From Macrostomum lignano (Eukaryota): a stretch of 64,000 nucleotides of DNA. This document shows positions 42,001 through 54,700 of the stretch, one piece after another. Position 1 is the first letter of the stretch. The number at the start of each line of letters is the position of its first letter. The DNA lies in assembly GCA_002269645.1 (NCBI GenBank), contig NIVC01002377.1, positions 62,001 through 126,000 on the forward strand. Reading direction: 5' to 3'. Under the pieces are notes generated by a model. The model was not told the origin of the DNA. It did not search any database and saw nothing but the letters and a program-made list of their open reading frames with translations. The position numbers were made by a program, and so were the translations under genes.

Positions 42001-44069
42001 GTTCAGACTGTCACCCTCCATCATATCCGCTGTTAGTTCAGACTGTAACCCTGCTCCCTGCTCCACTCACTCGCCTCCAGGTAGAGCTGCTCGTGCAGAA
42101 AAAATACGACGATCCTGAGCACGAAGACGATCTACAGTTCCTATTCGAACGGCTGAGCACTTCAATCCAAGATCTGAGCTCATTCGATGAATACGCCAGC
42201 GAATTGAAGGCTGGCCGACTCGAGTGGAGTCCGGTGCACAAGTCCGAGCGCTTCTGGCGCGAGAATGCCAACAGGCTTAACGAGCGCAACTATGAACTGC
42301 TGAAGATCCTGGTTCGCCTGTTGGAGACTAGCAAAGACTCGCTCGTGCTCTGCGTTGCTGCTCACGATGTTGGAGAGTATGTTCGGCATTATCCCAGGGG
42401 AAAGACGTGAGTTATTGTACGCTTATGCTTTAGACATTTCATGTTCTCATCTCAACATGAGAAATCCCACACTTCTAATCCCAACATGAAAAATCTTAGA
42501 CTTTAATCCCAACATGAGAAATCCCAAAATAAGAAATCCCATACTCTCATCCCAACACGAGAAATCCCAAACTCTAATCCCAACATGAGAAATCCCACAC
42601 TCTAATCCCAACATGCGAAATCCCAAACTCTAATCCGAACATGAGAAATCCTAAACTCTAATCCCAGCATGAGAAATCCCAACATGAGAAATCCCACACT
42701 TCTAATCCCAACATGAGAAATCCCACACTTCTAATCCCAAAATGAGACATCTCAACTCTAATCCCAACATGAAAAATCCCACACTTCTAATCCCAACATG
42801 AGAAATCTCACACTTCTAATCCCAACATGAGAAATCCTAAACTCTAATACAAACACGAGAAATCCCAAACTCCAATCCCAACATGAGAAATCCTACACTC
42901 TAATACAAACACGAGAAATCCCACACTTCTAATCCCAACATGAAAAATCTCACACTTCTAATCCCAGCATGAGAAATCCCACACTTCTAATCCCAAAATG
43001 AGAAATCTCAACTCTAATCCCAACATGAAAAATCCCACACTTCTAATCCCAACATGAGAAATCCCACACTTCTAATCCCAAAATGAGAAATCTCAACTCT
43101 AATCCCAACATGAAAAATCCCAAACTCTAATCCCAACATGAGAAATCCCACACTTCTAATCCCAACATGAGTAATCTCAAACTCTAATCCCAACATGAGA
43201 AACCCCACGCTTCCAATCCCAACATGAGAAATCCTAAACTCTGATCCCAACATGAGAAATCCTAAACTCTAATCCCAGCATGAGAAATCCCAACATGAGA
43301 ATTCCTAAACTCTAATCTCAGCATGAGAAATCCCAACATGAGAAATCCCACACTTCTAATCCCAACATGAGAAATCCCATATTCTAATCCCAACATGAAA
43401 ACTTCTACATTCTCATCCCCACCTCGACATGAGAGATCTCACACATTTATCTCTCGCTAATTAAATGCTGTTTCAAACAACTGCGCAGGGTTATTGAGCA
43501 GCTGGGCGCTAAAGAGCTGGTGATGAGGATGCTGACAAGCGACGATCCCAATGTTCGGTACAACGCTCTCATTGCTGTGCAGAAGATCATGGTGCACAAC
43601 TGGTCTGTTTTGGCTTCATTTTGTCCTTGCTTGGTATAATTATTTTCATTCTTTCAAGGTCGTTTATCTTGTAGGTGGAGCTGTTAGCCTGTTACCCTCT
43701 TCTGACCTGCTGTAGATTAGACTGTCACCCTCTTCTGACCTGCTGTAGATTAAACTGTCTCCCTCTTCTGACCTGCTGTAGATTAGACTGTCACCCTCTT
43801 CTGACCTGCTGTAGATTAAACTGTCTCCCTCTTCTGACCTGCTGTAGATTAGACTGTCACCCTCTTCTGACCTGCTGTAGATTAGACTGTCACCCCACTC
43901 TGACCTGCTGTAGATTATAAATACAGAAACAGACCATCAACACTACATTTCATTTCACTACACGCGCAGGGAGTACCTGGGCAAGCAGATTGAGGACAAG
44001 GCCAAGGCTGAGACTGGCGGTGGCGGCAAATCGGGTGGATCGCAGAGCCAGCAGGCTGTGAAATCTTGA
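30077..44069 (+). CDS. ATP6V1H: V-type proton ATPase subunit H; exons 30077-30173 (less certain), 31817-31898, 32878-33292, 39334-39539, 40476-40641, 42081-42406, 43489-43602, 43970-44069
   Basis: [25 protein letters not shown]|[106 protein letters not shown]|EYLGKQ. All junctions GT-AG and in phase. Confidence 0.96.
32135..32845 (+). repeat. 20-bp minisatellite (GGGAGAGTCAATGAGATGCA), ATP6V1H intron 2
   Basis: Tandem units read directly. Confidence 0.95.
33325..34080 (+). repeat. ~20-bp minisatellite (ATGATCCCAGTGTCTTCCTT), ATP6V1H intron 3
   Basis: Tandem units read directly. Confidence 0.95.
35384..38258 (-). mobile_element. P-element/THAP9-type transposase gene (spliced, probably disrupted), antisense in ATP6V1H intron 3; exons ~38258-38127, 37923-37782, 37652-35996 (broken near 37410-37500), 35880-35384
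   Basis: THAP C2CH split by an intron (MKCCVPRC...W|...VCRKHW). Core motifs [33 protein letters not shown]|[17 protein letters not shown]. TIRs not located. Confidence 0.85.
39610..40322 (+). repeat. 23-bp minisatellite (GCGCCAAATTCAGTATTTTGATG), ATP6V1H intron 4
   Basis: Tandem units; TTTGGCGC present on the minus strand. Confidence 0.95.
40715..42050 (+). repeat. 35-bp minisatellite (CTGTCACCCTCCATCCTGTAAGCTGTCAGTTCAGA), ATP6V1H intron 5
   Basis: Tandem units read directly. Confidence 0.96.
42455..43420 (+). repeat. 28-29-bp minisatellite (AATCCCAACATGAGAAATCCCACACTTCT), ATP6V1H intron 6
   Basis: Tandem units read directly. Confidence 0.94.
43690..43915 (+). repeat. 33-bp minisatellite (CTGTCACCCTCTTCTGACCTGCTGTAGATTAGA), ATP6V1H intron 7
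   Basis: Tandem units read directly. Confidence 0.92.
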
Positions 44070-44344
44070 GTTGGAGAGTCGCAGCCGCAGTTCATTTTAA
44101 TTACAATTGGATAACTTCAATAGCAATGCTGACGTAGTTTCACATTTGTCTAGTATTATAGATATCTGTATCTGTTAGTGTAGGCTTTCTTCTGTGTTGT
44201 TAGTGTTGATGCGCAATTGAAATCATATATTCAGCTGCGGACATTTGTCCCCTTATATTGTATTACATGCTTGCGCTCGCTATACTGTAAGTAGTTGTCT
44301 TAGTCTTTTTCCTGTTTTTTGGCTTCTTTTCAGCTGTTTACGGT

Positions 44345-44351
44345 CCGTCTG

Positions 44352-44417
<66 letters not shown>

Positions 44418-44419
44418 CC

Positions 44420-44474
<55 letters not shown>

Positions 44475-44535
44475 GTGTCTGTCTGTCTGTCTGTTTGTCT
44501 GTCCGTCTGTCTGTCTGTCTGTCTGTCTGTCTTGG

Positions 44536-44596
<61 letters not shown>

Positions 44597-44645
44597 TGGT
44601 GTCTGTCTGTCTGTCTGTCTGTCTTGGTGTCTGTCTGTCTGTCTG
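44345..44645 (+). repeat. (GTCT)n microsatellite in the ATP6V1H 3' region
   Basis: Read directly. Confidence 0.96.
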
Positions 44646-45207
44646 CAGACATGCAACTCTTTAAGTTATCTCCAAATCCCATTTCTGTTTATTTTTGACA
44701 AACTACCAGCAGAAAAAAATAATGATTTTACTTTGCCTCGTTGATATTTTATTTTATTCCACAGCAAATTTTCTTGCTTCGAGTTGGCTTTTTATGCAGA
44801 AATAAATCATATTTTCAATGATATTCCATTTTTTGTTGTCCTTGACTAGCACAGCGTTTTCTCCATTCTCAAATACTTCAATGACTTTTTAAATTGTCGT
44901 GCGAGTCTTGGAGACAGACCACAGTTTTTAATTAACTCACAGAGCCTCAGTTTTCTCATTAGAACTTTTTAAGCTTTGCACTCATTTTAGTTCCTGTTTT
45001 ATGCTTTTGACGTTGTGTGTACATTGATTGATAGCCTACTGTTGTAACTATTGATAATTACATGACTATTCCCTAATTTGTTCCTTTATTAATTAATTGC
45101 ATTCACATAAAAATTGCATAATATTTTACAGTAAATGGGTTCCAATTCTAACTCTAGTTTTATTGTAGAATAAAATATATTTGCCTTATCCATTATCTTA
45201 TCGTAAG

Positions 45208-45592
45208 AAATTGAGTGAGTCACGGGGATTAAGCATCACAGCTTGAGTGAGTCACGGCGATTAAACATCAGAGGTTGAGTGAGTCACGGGGATTAAGCAT
45301 CACAGGTTGAGTGAGTCACGGGGATTAAGCATCACAGGTTGAGTGAGTCAGAGGGTTAAACATCAAAGGTTGAGTGAGTCACGGGGTTAAGCATCAAAGG
45401 TTGAGTGAGTCACGGGGATTAAACATCAAAGGTTGAGTGAGTCACGGGGATTAAGCATCACAGGTTGAGTGAGTCACGGTAATCAAGCATCACAGCTTGA
45501 GTGAGTCACGGGGATTAAGCATCACAGCTTGAGTGAGTCACGGGGATTAAGCATCACAGCTTGAGTGAGTCACGGGGATTAAGCATCAGAGG
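45208..45592 (+). repeat. 32-bp minisatellite (TTGAGTGAGTCACGGGGATTAAGCATCACAGG), ~12 copies, immediately upstream of WNK
   Basis: Tandem units, each containing TGAGTCA. Confidence 0.94.
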
Positions 45593-45701
45593 TTTAGTTC
45601 GTCAAAATGGCTGTCAATCACTTCTCAACCTTGCTGGCAATTTGCAGTCTTCAATTCGTCTCACGGTGGAAACCTCGGCTCCAGCCGACGATGGCAGCAA
45701 G

Positions 45702-48700
45702 ATGCCACCGCCGCCGCCGCAGTCTCTGCCAGAGATTCAAGAGCCCGTCCGACTGAGGCAATCGGCGGAGACGCCCACCGGTTCCACAGCTGCGGAAGTA
45801 CTCAGCGAAGTGCACCTGTGCTACGCCAGATCGATGGAGTCTCTTGGCGGCGGCGGCGGCGGCGCGTTGCCGGTGGGCGGCAAAACCGACAGCAGCGTCA
45901 GCAGTTTGAGCCCGCTAGGCGCGCCTTACAAAGGCGCCGCCCGTCCCGCAGTGACCCGGGCTAGAAAGATGCAACGCGTGCCGATTAGAGAAACTGTGCT
46001 CAGCCAATACGAACCGACTGAGGCCGCCCTAGATAGTGGCCTGCAACAGCGTTTATCCGTAGGGATTTCGGCTGCTAGCGAGTAAGTCTGAGGCTATGAA
46101 TCTGTGTAATGTGTTGCTTGACTTGACTTGACTCTGGGCTTGACCCAGGGCTTGACCCAGGGCTTGACCCAGGGCTTGACCCAGGGCTTGACCCAGGGCT
46201 TGACCCAGGGCTTGACCCAGGGCTTGACCCAGGGCTTGACCCAGGGCTTGACTCAGGGCTTGACCCAGGGCTTGACCCAGGGCTTGACTCATACTGACCC
46301 AGGGCTTGACCCAGGACTTGACCCAGGGCTGGACCCAGGACTTGACCCAGGGCTGGACCCAGGACTTGACCCAGGGCTGGACCCAGGACTTGACCCAGGG
46401 CTGGACCCAGGACTTGACCCAGGGCTGGACCCAGGACTTGACCCAGGGCTGGACCCAGGATTTTTCCCTTGTCTTAATGTTTACCTATTGTTCCCTTTGT
46501 TTTACCCTTAGGTTCACCTTAAACTTGACTATATTTTATCCCAGGCTTTGACCAAGGACTTACGCCAAGAACTAACTCACAGTTTTACTCATCATTATTT
46601 TCAGGCGTCGTCGCGTTCTTAGCGAGACAATCTCAAGCCGGTCCAAGCAGGATAAACAGAAAGAGAAGGAACTGCAGCAACAGGAACAACAACAGCAGCC
46701 TCAGCCATCGGAGCAGCAGCAGGCAGCTGAAGCAGACGAATCTCAGATTAGTCAGCAGAGACCAGATTCTGTTGCTATGCCGCCTCCGCCGCCTGCCGTC
46801 ACGACTTTCGCCGCCGCGGCGGGCAGTCACTCGCCTGTTGTAGTCGAGGCAGTCCTTGAGGAGCCTTCGCCAGCCGTGTCAGCAACAGACGCAGCCGATG
46901 TCCCGGCAACAATGAACGGACACGACGCCTCCGCTGCGCAGATCTCGACGGCTGCTTCCGTTGTAGTTTCGGCCACTTCTACTTCGGCCACTTCTACTTC
47001 GATAATAACAACGAATGCCACAACATCAACGACAGTTGCTTTCGCCGCTGCCGCCGTTGCCGCAGTCGCCACACCGCCCCATGCCGCCTCCGAGAAGGAG
47101 CGCGAAATCAACAACAAGAAGGCGGCGAAATCGCGGGAAGAGAAGGCCAAAGAGCGGGAGCGCAAACGGGAGGAGCAGATGTGGCGCCGGCACCAGATGG
47201 AGCTGCAGTTGAAACAGCGGGGCATTGCCGTCAGCCCCTGCGGTCGGTGGATTAAGCACAATATTAAATGCGGCGAAGGCGCCTACAAGCGAGTCTACAG
47301 GGGCTACGATCGGGAGCAGGGCCGGCCCATTGCCTGGTGCGAGCTCAAGTTTCACGTGGGCAAGGATAAGCCAGCTGAGAGGGAGCAGGTTCGCAAGGAG
47401 GTGAGCAGCAGCTGATGCCTGACCCACTGTAGCTAATGCCTGACCCACTGTAGCTGATGCCTGACCCACTGTAGCTGATGCCTGACCCACTGTAGCTGAT
47501 GCCTGACCCACTGTAGCTAATGCCTGACCCACTGTAGCTGATGCCTGACCCACTGTAGCTGATGCCTGACCCACTGTAGCTGATGCCTGACCCACTGTAG
47601 CTAATGCCTGACCCACTGTAGCTAACGATTGACCCATCCCAGCTATCATCGTGACCCATCTCAGCTATAATCCTGACCCATCTCAGCTATCATCCTGACC
47701 CATCCCAGCTATCATCCTGACCCATCTCAGCTATCATCCTGACCCATCTCAGCTATCATCCTGACCCATCCCAGCTATCATCCTGACCCATCTCAGCTAT
47801 CATCCTGACACCCATCCCAGCTATCATCCTGACCCATCTCAGCTATCATCCTGACCCATCTCAGCTATCATCCTGACCCATCTCAGCTATCATCCTGACC
47901 CATCTCAGCTATCATCCTGACACCCATCCCAGCTATCATCCTGACCCATCTCAGCTATCATCCTGACCCATCTCAGCTATCATCCTGACCCATCTCAGCT
48001 ATCAACCTGACCCATCTCAGCTTTCATCCTGAACCATCTCAGCTATCATCCTCAACCAGCGCTTGCCGAAGCACTTGACTGGCCAAATTCATCCCATTTC
48101 AATCCCCCAACGCAGGTGGAAATGATGATCAAGTGCGAGCACCCCAACATAGTCCGCTACTATGACCTACTGGACTGCTATTTCGAATTAGACGAAAACG
48201 GCGAGAAAGGCGAGAAAGTGAAAGCTACGGTCATTGTCACCGAGTTCATGAGCGAGGGCACTCTGCGTGAGAAGATGAAGACGTTCTATAATGAGAGGAC
48301 TCGCGAGGCTGTTGTCGATTTTAATGTTTTCCAGTCCTGGATGCAGCAGATTTTAGAGGGGCTGCGGCATATGCATCACAAGTGAGTATGCATTCTGAAT
48401 TAGTGAGATTTCGGGATGAGATCTCTCTGTTAAGAGTGAGATGTCGGGACGAGATCTCTCTATTAAGGGTGAGATTTCGGGATGAGATCTCTCTGTTAAG
48501 GGTGAGATTTCGGGATGAGATCTCTCTGTTAAGGGTGAGATTTCGGGATGAGATCTGTCTGTTAAGGGTTAGATTTCGGGATGAGATCTCTCTGTTAAGA
48601 GTGAGATTTCGGGATGAGATTAAGGGTTAGATTTCGGGATAAGATCTTTCTGTTAATGTTGAGATTTCAGGATGAGATCTCTCTGTTAAGGGTTTAGATT

Positions 48701-51700
48701 TCGGGATGAGATCTCTCTGTTAAGGGTTAGATTTCGGGATGAGATCTCTCTGTTAATGTTGAGATTTCAGGATGAGATCTCTCTGTTAATGTTGAGATTT
48801 CGGGATGAGATCTCTCTGTTAAGGGTGAGATTTCGGGATGAGATCTCTCTGTAAAGGGTTAGATTTCGGTTTAAGATCTTTCTGTTAATGTTGAGATTTC
48901 AGGATGAGATCTCTCTGTTAATGTTGAGATTTCAGGATGAGATCTCTCTGTTAATGTTGAGATTTCGGGATGAGATCTCTTTGTTAATGGTGAGATTTCA
49001 GGATGAGATCTCTCTGTTAAGGGTGAGATTTCGGGATGAGATCTCTCTATTAAGAGTGGTATTTCAGGATGATATCTCTCTGTTAAGGGTGGTATTTCAG
49101 GATGAGATCTCTCTGTTAAGGGTGGTATTTCAGGATGAGATCTCTCTGTTAAGGGTGAGACTTCAGGATGAGATCTCTATTAAGAGTGAGATTTCGGGAT
49201 GAGATCTCTCTGTGAGATTTCGAGTTACCAGCTCTCTTAATATCTCAATCATGAATGTGATAACTACCTATGCTATCCCCATATCGCAGGATGAACCCTC
49301 CAGTGATCCACCGCGACCTCAAGCCGGAGAACGTGTTCATAGCCGATGGCGAGAATCCTGACGAATATTACAATATCAAGCTGGGCGACTTCGGCCTGGC
49401 CACGGCCAAGACTCAGACCCGCAAGACCATGCTGGGCACTCTGGGCTACATGGCTCCGGAGATGCTGCAGGAGCGTTACGATGAGAAAGTTGACATATTC
49501 GCCTTTGGCATCCTCATTGTGGAGATGGTTACTAATAGTATTCCTTATCAGGAGTGCCAGAATTTTCTAGACGTCTGGCAGAGGATTGCCAGCAATACGC
49601 CGCCTAAGGTGCTCACTCGGTGAGTCGGTGCTAGATTAGAGCAGGGGAGAGAGGGAGACAGAGAATGGAGGATTGGAGGAGAGCATTGGAGGATAACTGG
49701 AGAAGTCGGCAATTCGCATCGAGATTTCCCACTAAATTTGCAGCATCGACAATCCGGAAATCCGGGACATATTTTTCACTTGTACAAATCCGTTGCCGGA
49801 TTTCCGGCCGACAGCCGAGGAGCTGCTGTCGCTGCAGATTTTCAATTTGAAACCGGTGCCAATTCAAGTGCAGCTGGTCCGACTGTCGCAGGCGCTTAAA
49901 TGGGAGGAGGCCGACAGCTCCGAGGCGAATCTGTCGGGGGTGCGTGACCGTGAAATGTACTTTTCAGTGTTTCGGCTATTTGTTTGCGTTAGTTGTCTCT
50001 TGTACATGTATCATCAGAAGAGTAGCTACCAGCCAATCAAAAATGAGTAGCTACCAGCCAATCAGAAATGAGTAGCTACCAGCCAATCAGAAATGAGTAG
50101 CTACCAGCCAATCAGAAATGAGTAGCTACCAGCCAATCAGAAATGAGTAGCTACCAGCCAATCAGAAATGAGTAGCTACCAGCCAATCAGAACAGAGTAG
50201 CTACCAGCCAATCAGAACAGAGTAGCTCAGCTACCAGCCATTTAGGCAGAGTAGCTTAGCTACCATCCAATCAGGGATGAGTAGCTACCAGCTAATCAGG
50301 GATTGAGTAACTACCAGCTAATCATGGATGAGTAGCTACCAGCTAAGCAAGGATGAGTAACTACCAGCTAAGCAGGGATGAGTAACTACCAGCTAATCAG
50401 GGATTGAGTAACTACCAGCTAAGCAAGGATGAGTAACTACCAGCCAATCAGGGATGAGTAGCTCAGCTACCAGCCAATCAGGGCAGAGTAGCTCAGCTAC
50501 CAGCCAATCAGGGCAGAGTAGCTCAGCTACCAGCCAATCAGGACAGAGTAGCTCAGCTACCAGCCAATCAGAACAGAGTAGCTCAGCTACCAGCCAATCA
50601 GGACAGAGTAGCTCAGCTACCAGCCAATCAGAACAGAGTAGCTCAGCTACCAGCCAATCAGGACAGAGTAGCTCAGCTACCAGCCAATCAAAGAAGAGCA
50701 GTCAGTGTTTTCATCCTTACCAATCCTCAGGAGCAGCCCAAGAAGGTGTCCCATCAGCAGCACGGCAGCCGTGACGAGTCCACAGCCGCCGCGGTCGCCG
50801 CCGCGGTCGCCGCCGCCCCGACCGTCGAGTACAACGGCGATCCAAGCAAATTCTTTCACGTCGCTGAGTTCCGCTTGGTAGTTAATGATCGTCAACTCCA
50901 ACAGCAGATGAAAATTCTACCAGGCGTCGGATTTGAATTCCAGCTGGACTGCTTCATCGACGAGGATCTGGAGAATGTTGTCAACTCGTTCGCCGAGTAC
51001 GCTGAGTCCGATGCCGTCGGCGCCGCGGCCGGCGGCAGCGCCAGCGACCATCAGCGCCGACTGCGTCAGAAGATTTCAGGCGTGCGGCATCAGCTCAACT
51101 ACTATAGGAAAAAGGTTTGCCGGTTTTAGTCAGATCATAACTAGCCAATCAGTGAGCTTCTACATCATAACTAGCCAATCAGAGATCTAGATCATAACTA
51201 GCCAATCAGAGATCTAGATCATAACTAGCCAATCAGAGATCTAGATCATAACTAGCCAATCAGAGATCTAGATCATAACTAGCCAATCAGAGATCTAGAT
51301 CATAACTAGCCAATCAGAGATCTAGATCATAACTAGCCAATCAGAGATCTAGATCATAACTAGCCAATCAGAGATCTAGATCATAACTAGCCAATCAGAG
51401 ATCTAGATCATAACTAGCCAATCAGAGATCTAGATCATAACTAGCCAATCAGAGATCTAGATCATAACTAGCCAATCAGAGATCTAGATCATAACTAGCC
51501 TATCAGAGATCTAGATCATAACTAGCCAATCAGAGATCTAGATCATAACTAGCCAATCAGTTGAGCTTCTAGATCATAACTAGCCAATCAGTGAGCTTCT
51601 AAATCATAACTAGCCAATCAGTGATCTAGATCATAACTAGCCAATCAGAGATCTAGATCATAACTAGCCAATCAGAGATCTAGATCATAACTAGCCAATC

Positions 51701-54700
51701 AGAGATCTAGATTATAACTAGCCAATCAGAGATCTAGATCATAACTAGCCAATCAGACATCTAGATCATAACTAGCCAATCAGTGATCTAGATCATAACT
51801 AGCCAATCAGAGATCTAGATCATAACTAGCCAATCAGACATCTAGATCATAACTAGCCAATCAGTGATCTAGATCATAACTAGCCAATCAGACATCTAGA
51901 TCATAACTAGCCAATCAGAGATCTAGATCATAACTAGCCAATCAGAGATCTAGATCATAACTAGCCAATCAGAGATCTAGATCATAACTAGCCAATCAGA
52001 GATCTAGATCATAACTAGCCAATCAGAGATCTAGATCATAACTAGCCAATCAGTGATCTAGATCATAACTAGCCAATCAGAGATCTAGATCATAACTAGC
52101 CAATCAGAGATCTAGATCATAACTAGCCAATCAGTGATCTAGATCATAACTAGCCAATCAGAGATCTAGATCATAACTAGCCAATCAGAGATCTAGATCA
52201 TAACTAGCCAATCAGTGAGCTTCTAAGTCGTCGTTGCCAGTCAGCGAGCTTCTAGATAACTGTTAGCCTATCAGAGATCTGCCAATCATGCCTGTCGCAT
52301 TTTTATTCCCGAAAGGTTCTAGCCGGCGTATGGAACTACTTTATGGAGAAGCTGCGCGAATCCGACCCGGAGCCGGACTCGGAGAACGACTCGTCCCCCA
52401 TAGTGAGGCTGGGCCTCCAGGCCAGACGCTGGGCCGAAGCGAAACGACGCGTATTAAAACAGCGTGACGACTATAACAGGTGCTGGGAGGAGAAGCTGGA
52501 GGCCCAGCAGCAGGCTCAAGATGAATCTTGCAACGTTGACGAGCCTGCGGCGACCGTTACACCTCTGGCGTCGGCTTCCGTGTCGCTATCGACTTCAGTG
52601 ACGCAGGCGTTAATCGTCTCTGCAGCCGACCAGCAGCAGCAGCCGCCGCCACCCGTCCAGCTTCCTCCTTCATCATCTTCCTCATCATCGCTATCCGAGC
52701 CGCATCCGCCAGGATCGGTCCGCCAGAATCTCGAGGCCGTTCAGAGCGTCCTGTCGAGCGCCGCTGCCGCACTCGACATTGAGCACGCCGTCACCGCCGC
52801 GTCGACTGCTGCTGCTGCCCAGTCTAGCCTGGTTGTCGGTTTGTCTCCGGCTGGCGTTGCCAGTCTGCCAGCCGTTGCCATAGCAACCATGCCGCCGTCG
52901 CTTCCCAATTCGATGGTGTCGCCGGAATTTAGCCAGCTGCCGGCTCTGGCCGCCTCCCCGGCCGCCGCTCTGACCATCGTTGTTGACGCGGCCACAGCAG
53001 CCGCGCTTAACGGCAGCGGCGGCACCAGCGGGGCCGGCGGCGGCAGCGGCGGCAGAGGCAACCTTAGCATCATTCAGGAGGTGGATAACGCGGTGAGTCA
53101 TCTTGGTGATTAACGCATGTTAATGGCCATGGACCGATTTCGATTGATCATGAGCCCATTCCTATTGGTCATGCACCGATTTCGATTGGTCATGAGCCCA
53201 TTCCTATTGGTCATGCACCGATTTCGATTGGTCATGAGCCCATTTCTATTGTTCATGCACCGATTTCGATTGGTCATGGAGCGATTTCAATTGGTCATGC
53301 ACCGATTTTGATTGGTGGTGGACCGATTTCAATTGGTCATGGACCGATTTCTATTGGTCATGAATTAATTTCGATTGGTCATGAAGTAAGTTCGATTGGT
53401 CATGGAGCGATTTAGATTGGTCATGGACCGATTTAGATTGGTCATGAATTAATTTCAATTGGTCATGAATTAAGTTCGATTGGTCATGGAGCGATTTCTA
53501 TTGGTCATGGACCGATTTCAATTGGTCATGGACCGATTTCTATTGGTCATGAATTAATTTCGATTGGTCATGAATTAAGTTCGATTGGTCATGGAGCGAT
53601 TTAGATTGGTCATGGACCGATTTAGATTGGTCATGAATTAATTTCGATTGGTCATGGAGCGATTTCAATTGGTCATAGATCGATTTCGATTGGTCATGGA
53701 TCGATTTCGATTGGTCATGGAGCGATTTCGATTGGTCATGGACCGATTTCGATTGGTCATGGAGCGATTTCGATTGGTCATGGACCGATTTCGATTGGTC
53801 ATGGACCGATTTCGATTGGTCATGGACTGGTCCATAGATGATTAATTTCGATCGATCATCATTAATCATAAAATATTGTTACACATACAGTGAATGGTGC
53901 CAACTCCAACCCCATCTACCGCTCCCCTCACCCCGCAGCCCAAGTCGCCAATGCAGGCCATCGTGGCCGCGCCGCCGCCGACTCCGCACAACAGCCTCGG
54001 TCGGCGGGACAAGCGGCCCAACGTTGAGGACGCCTCGGCCGAGATAGACGCCGCCGCCGACGCCGCCGCCGACGCTGAGGTGCTAGCGTCGTCGACAACC
54101 GCTGAGCTGCTTTTGCCTGCCGGCCGAAACGGCGAACGGCCTCTCCGCCTGCCGCTGCCCGACCTCGCCGCCGGCCGCTGCGTTCTCCTCTGCCCGTGCG
54201 GCGGCGATGGGCGCCGCGTCCTCGTGGCCAGCTGCCGCTCCGGGCCCGACGCCACGCTTGGCGAGGTGCTGGCGCTGTTGCAAACCGCTGCCGCGGCTGC
54301 CGCGTCTACCGGCACCGACGCCGCTGGGAACGGCGTTGCGGCTACGGCTACGGCTACTGGGCAGGCGATTCGAGCCCGGCACTACCTGGGCAGGTGTCAC
54401 ACGCCGCCCTCCAGTCCCACTAGTGAGTGAGAGAGAGATAGAGATTCATGCTTCAAATACAGGCCGCCTGATGTGCTTTTTAAGTCCTTGTCTACGTGCT
54501 TAGCTAACCGCGGTCAACTTCGCTTAACTTGTATGAAATAAAATCAGCAGTTTCTGAAGTAATCAAAATACAATAGTAATGTTGAGAGATGGTTTTGAAA
54601 GTAGTTTGAATAAGTTCAGGTGTTCCTTAGATTGTGTTAGCAGTAGTTTAGAATTTTAGGTGTACTTTAGATTACTTTAGAAGAAATTTAGATTATTTTA

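Noticed and set aside
53891-53896. TGA-ATG stop-start suggesting reinitiation of a separate ORF 53894-54430
   Set aside because: A better pyrimidine-rich acceptor (CCCCGCAG| at 53938) joins this exon in frame to WNK.
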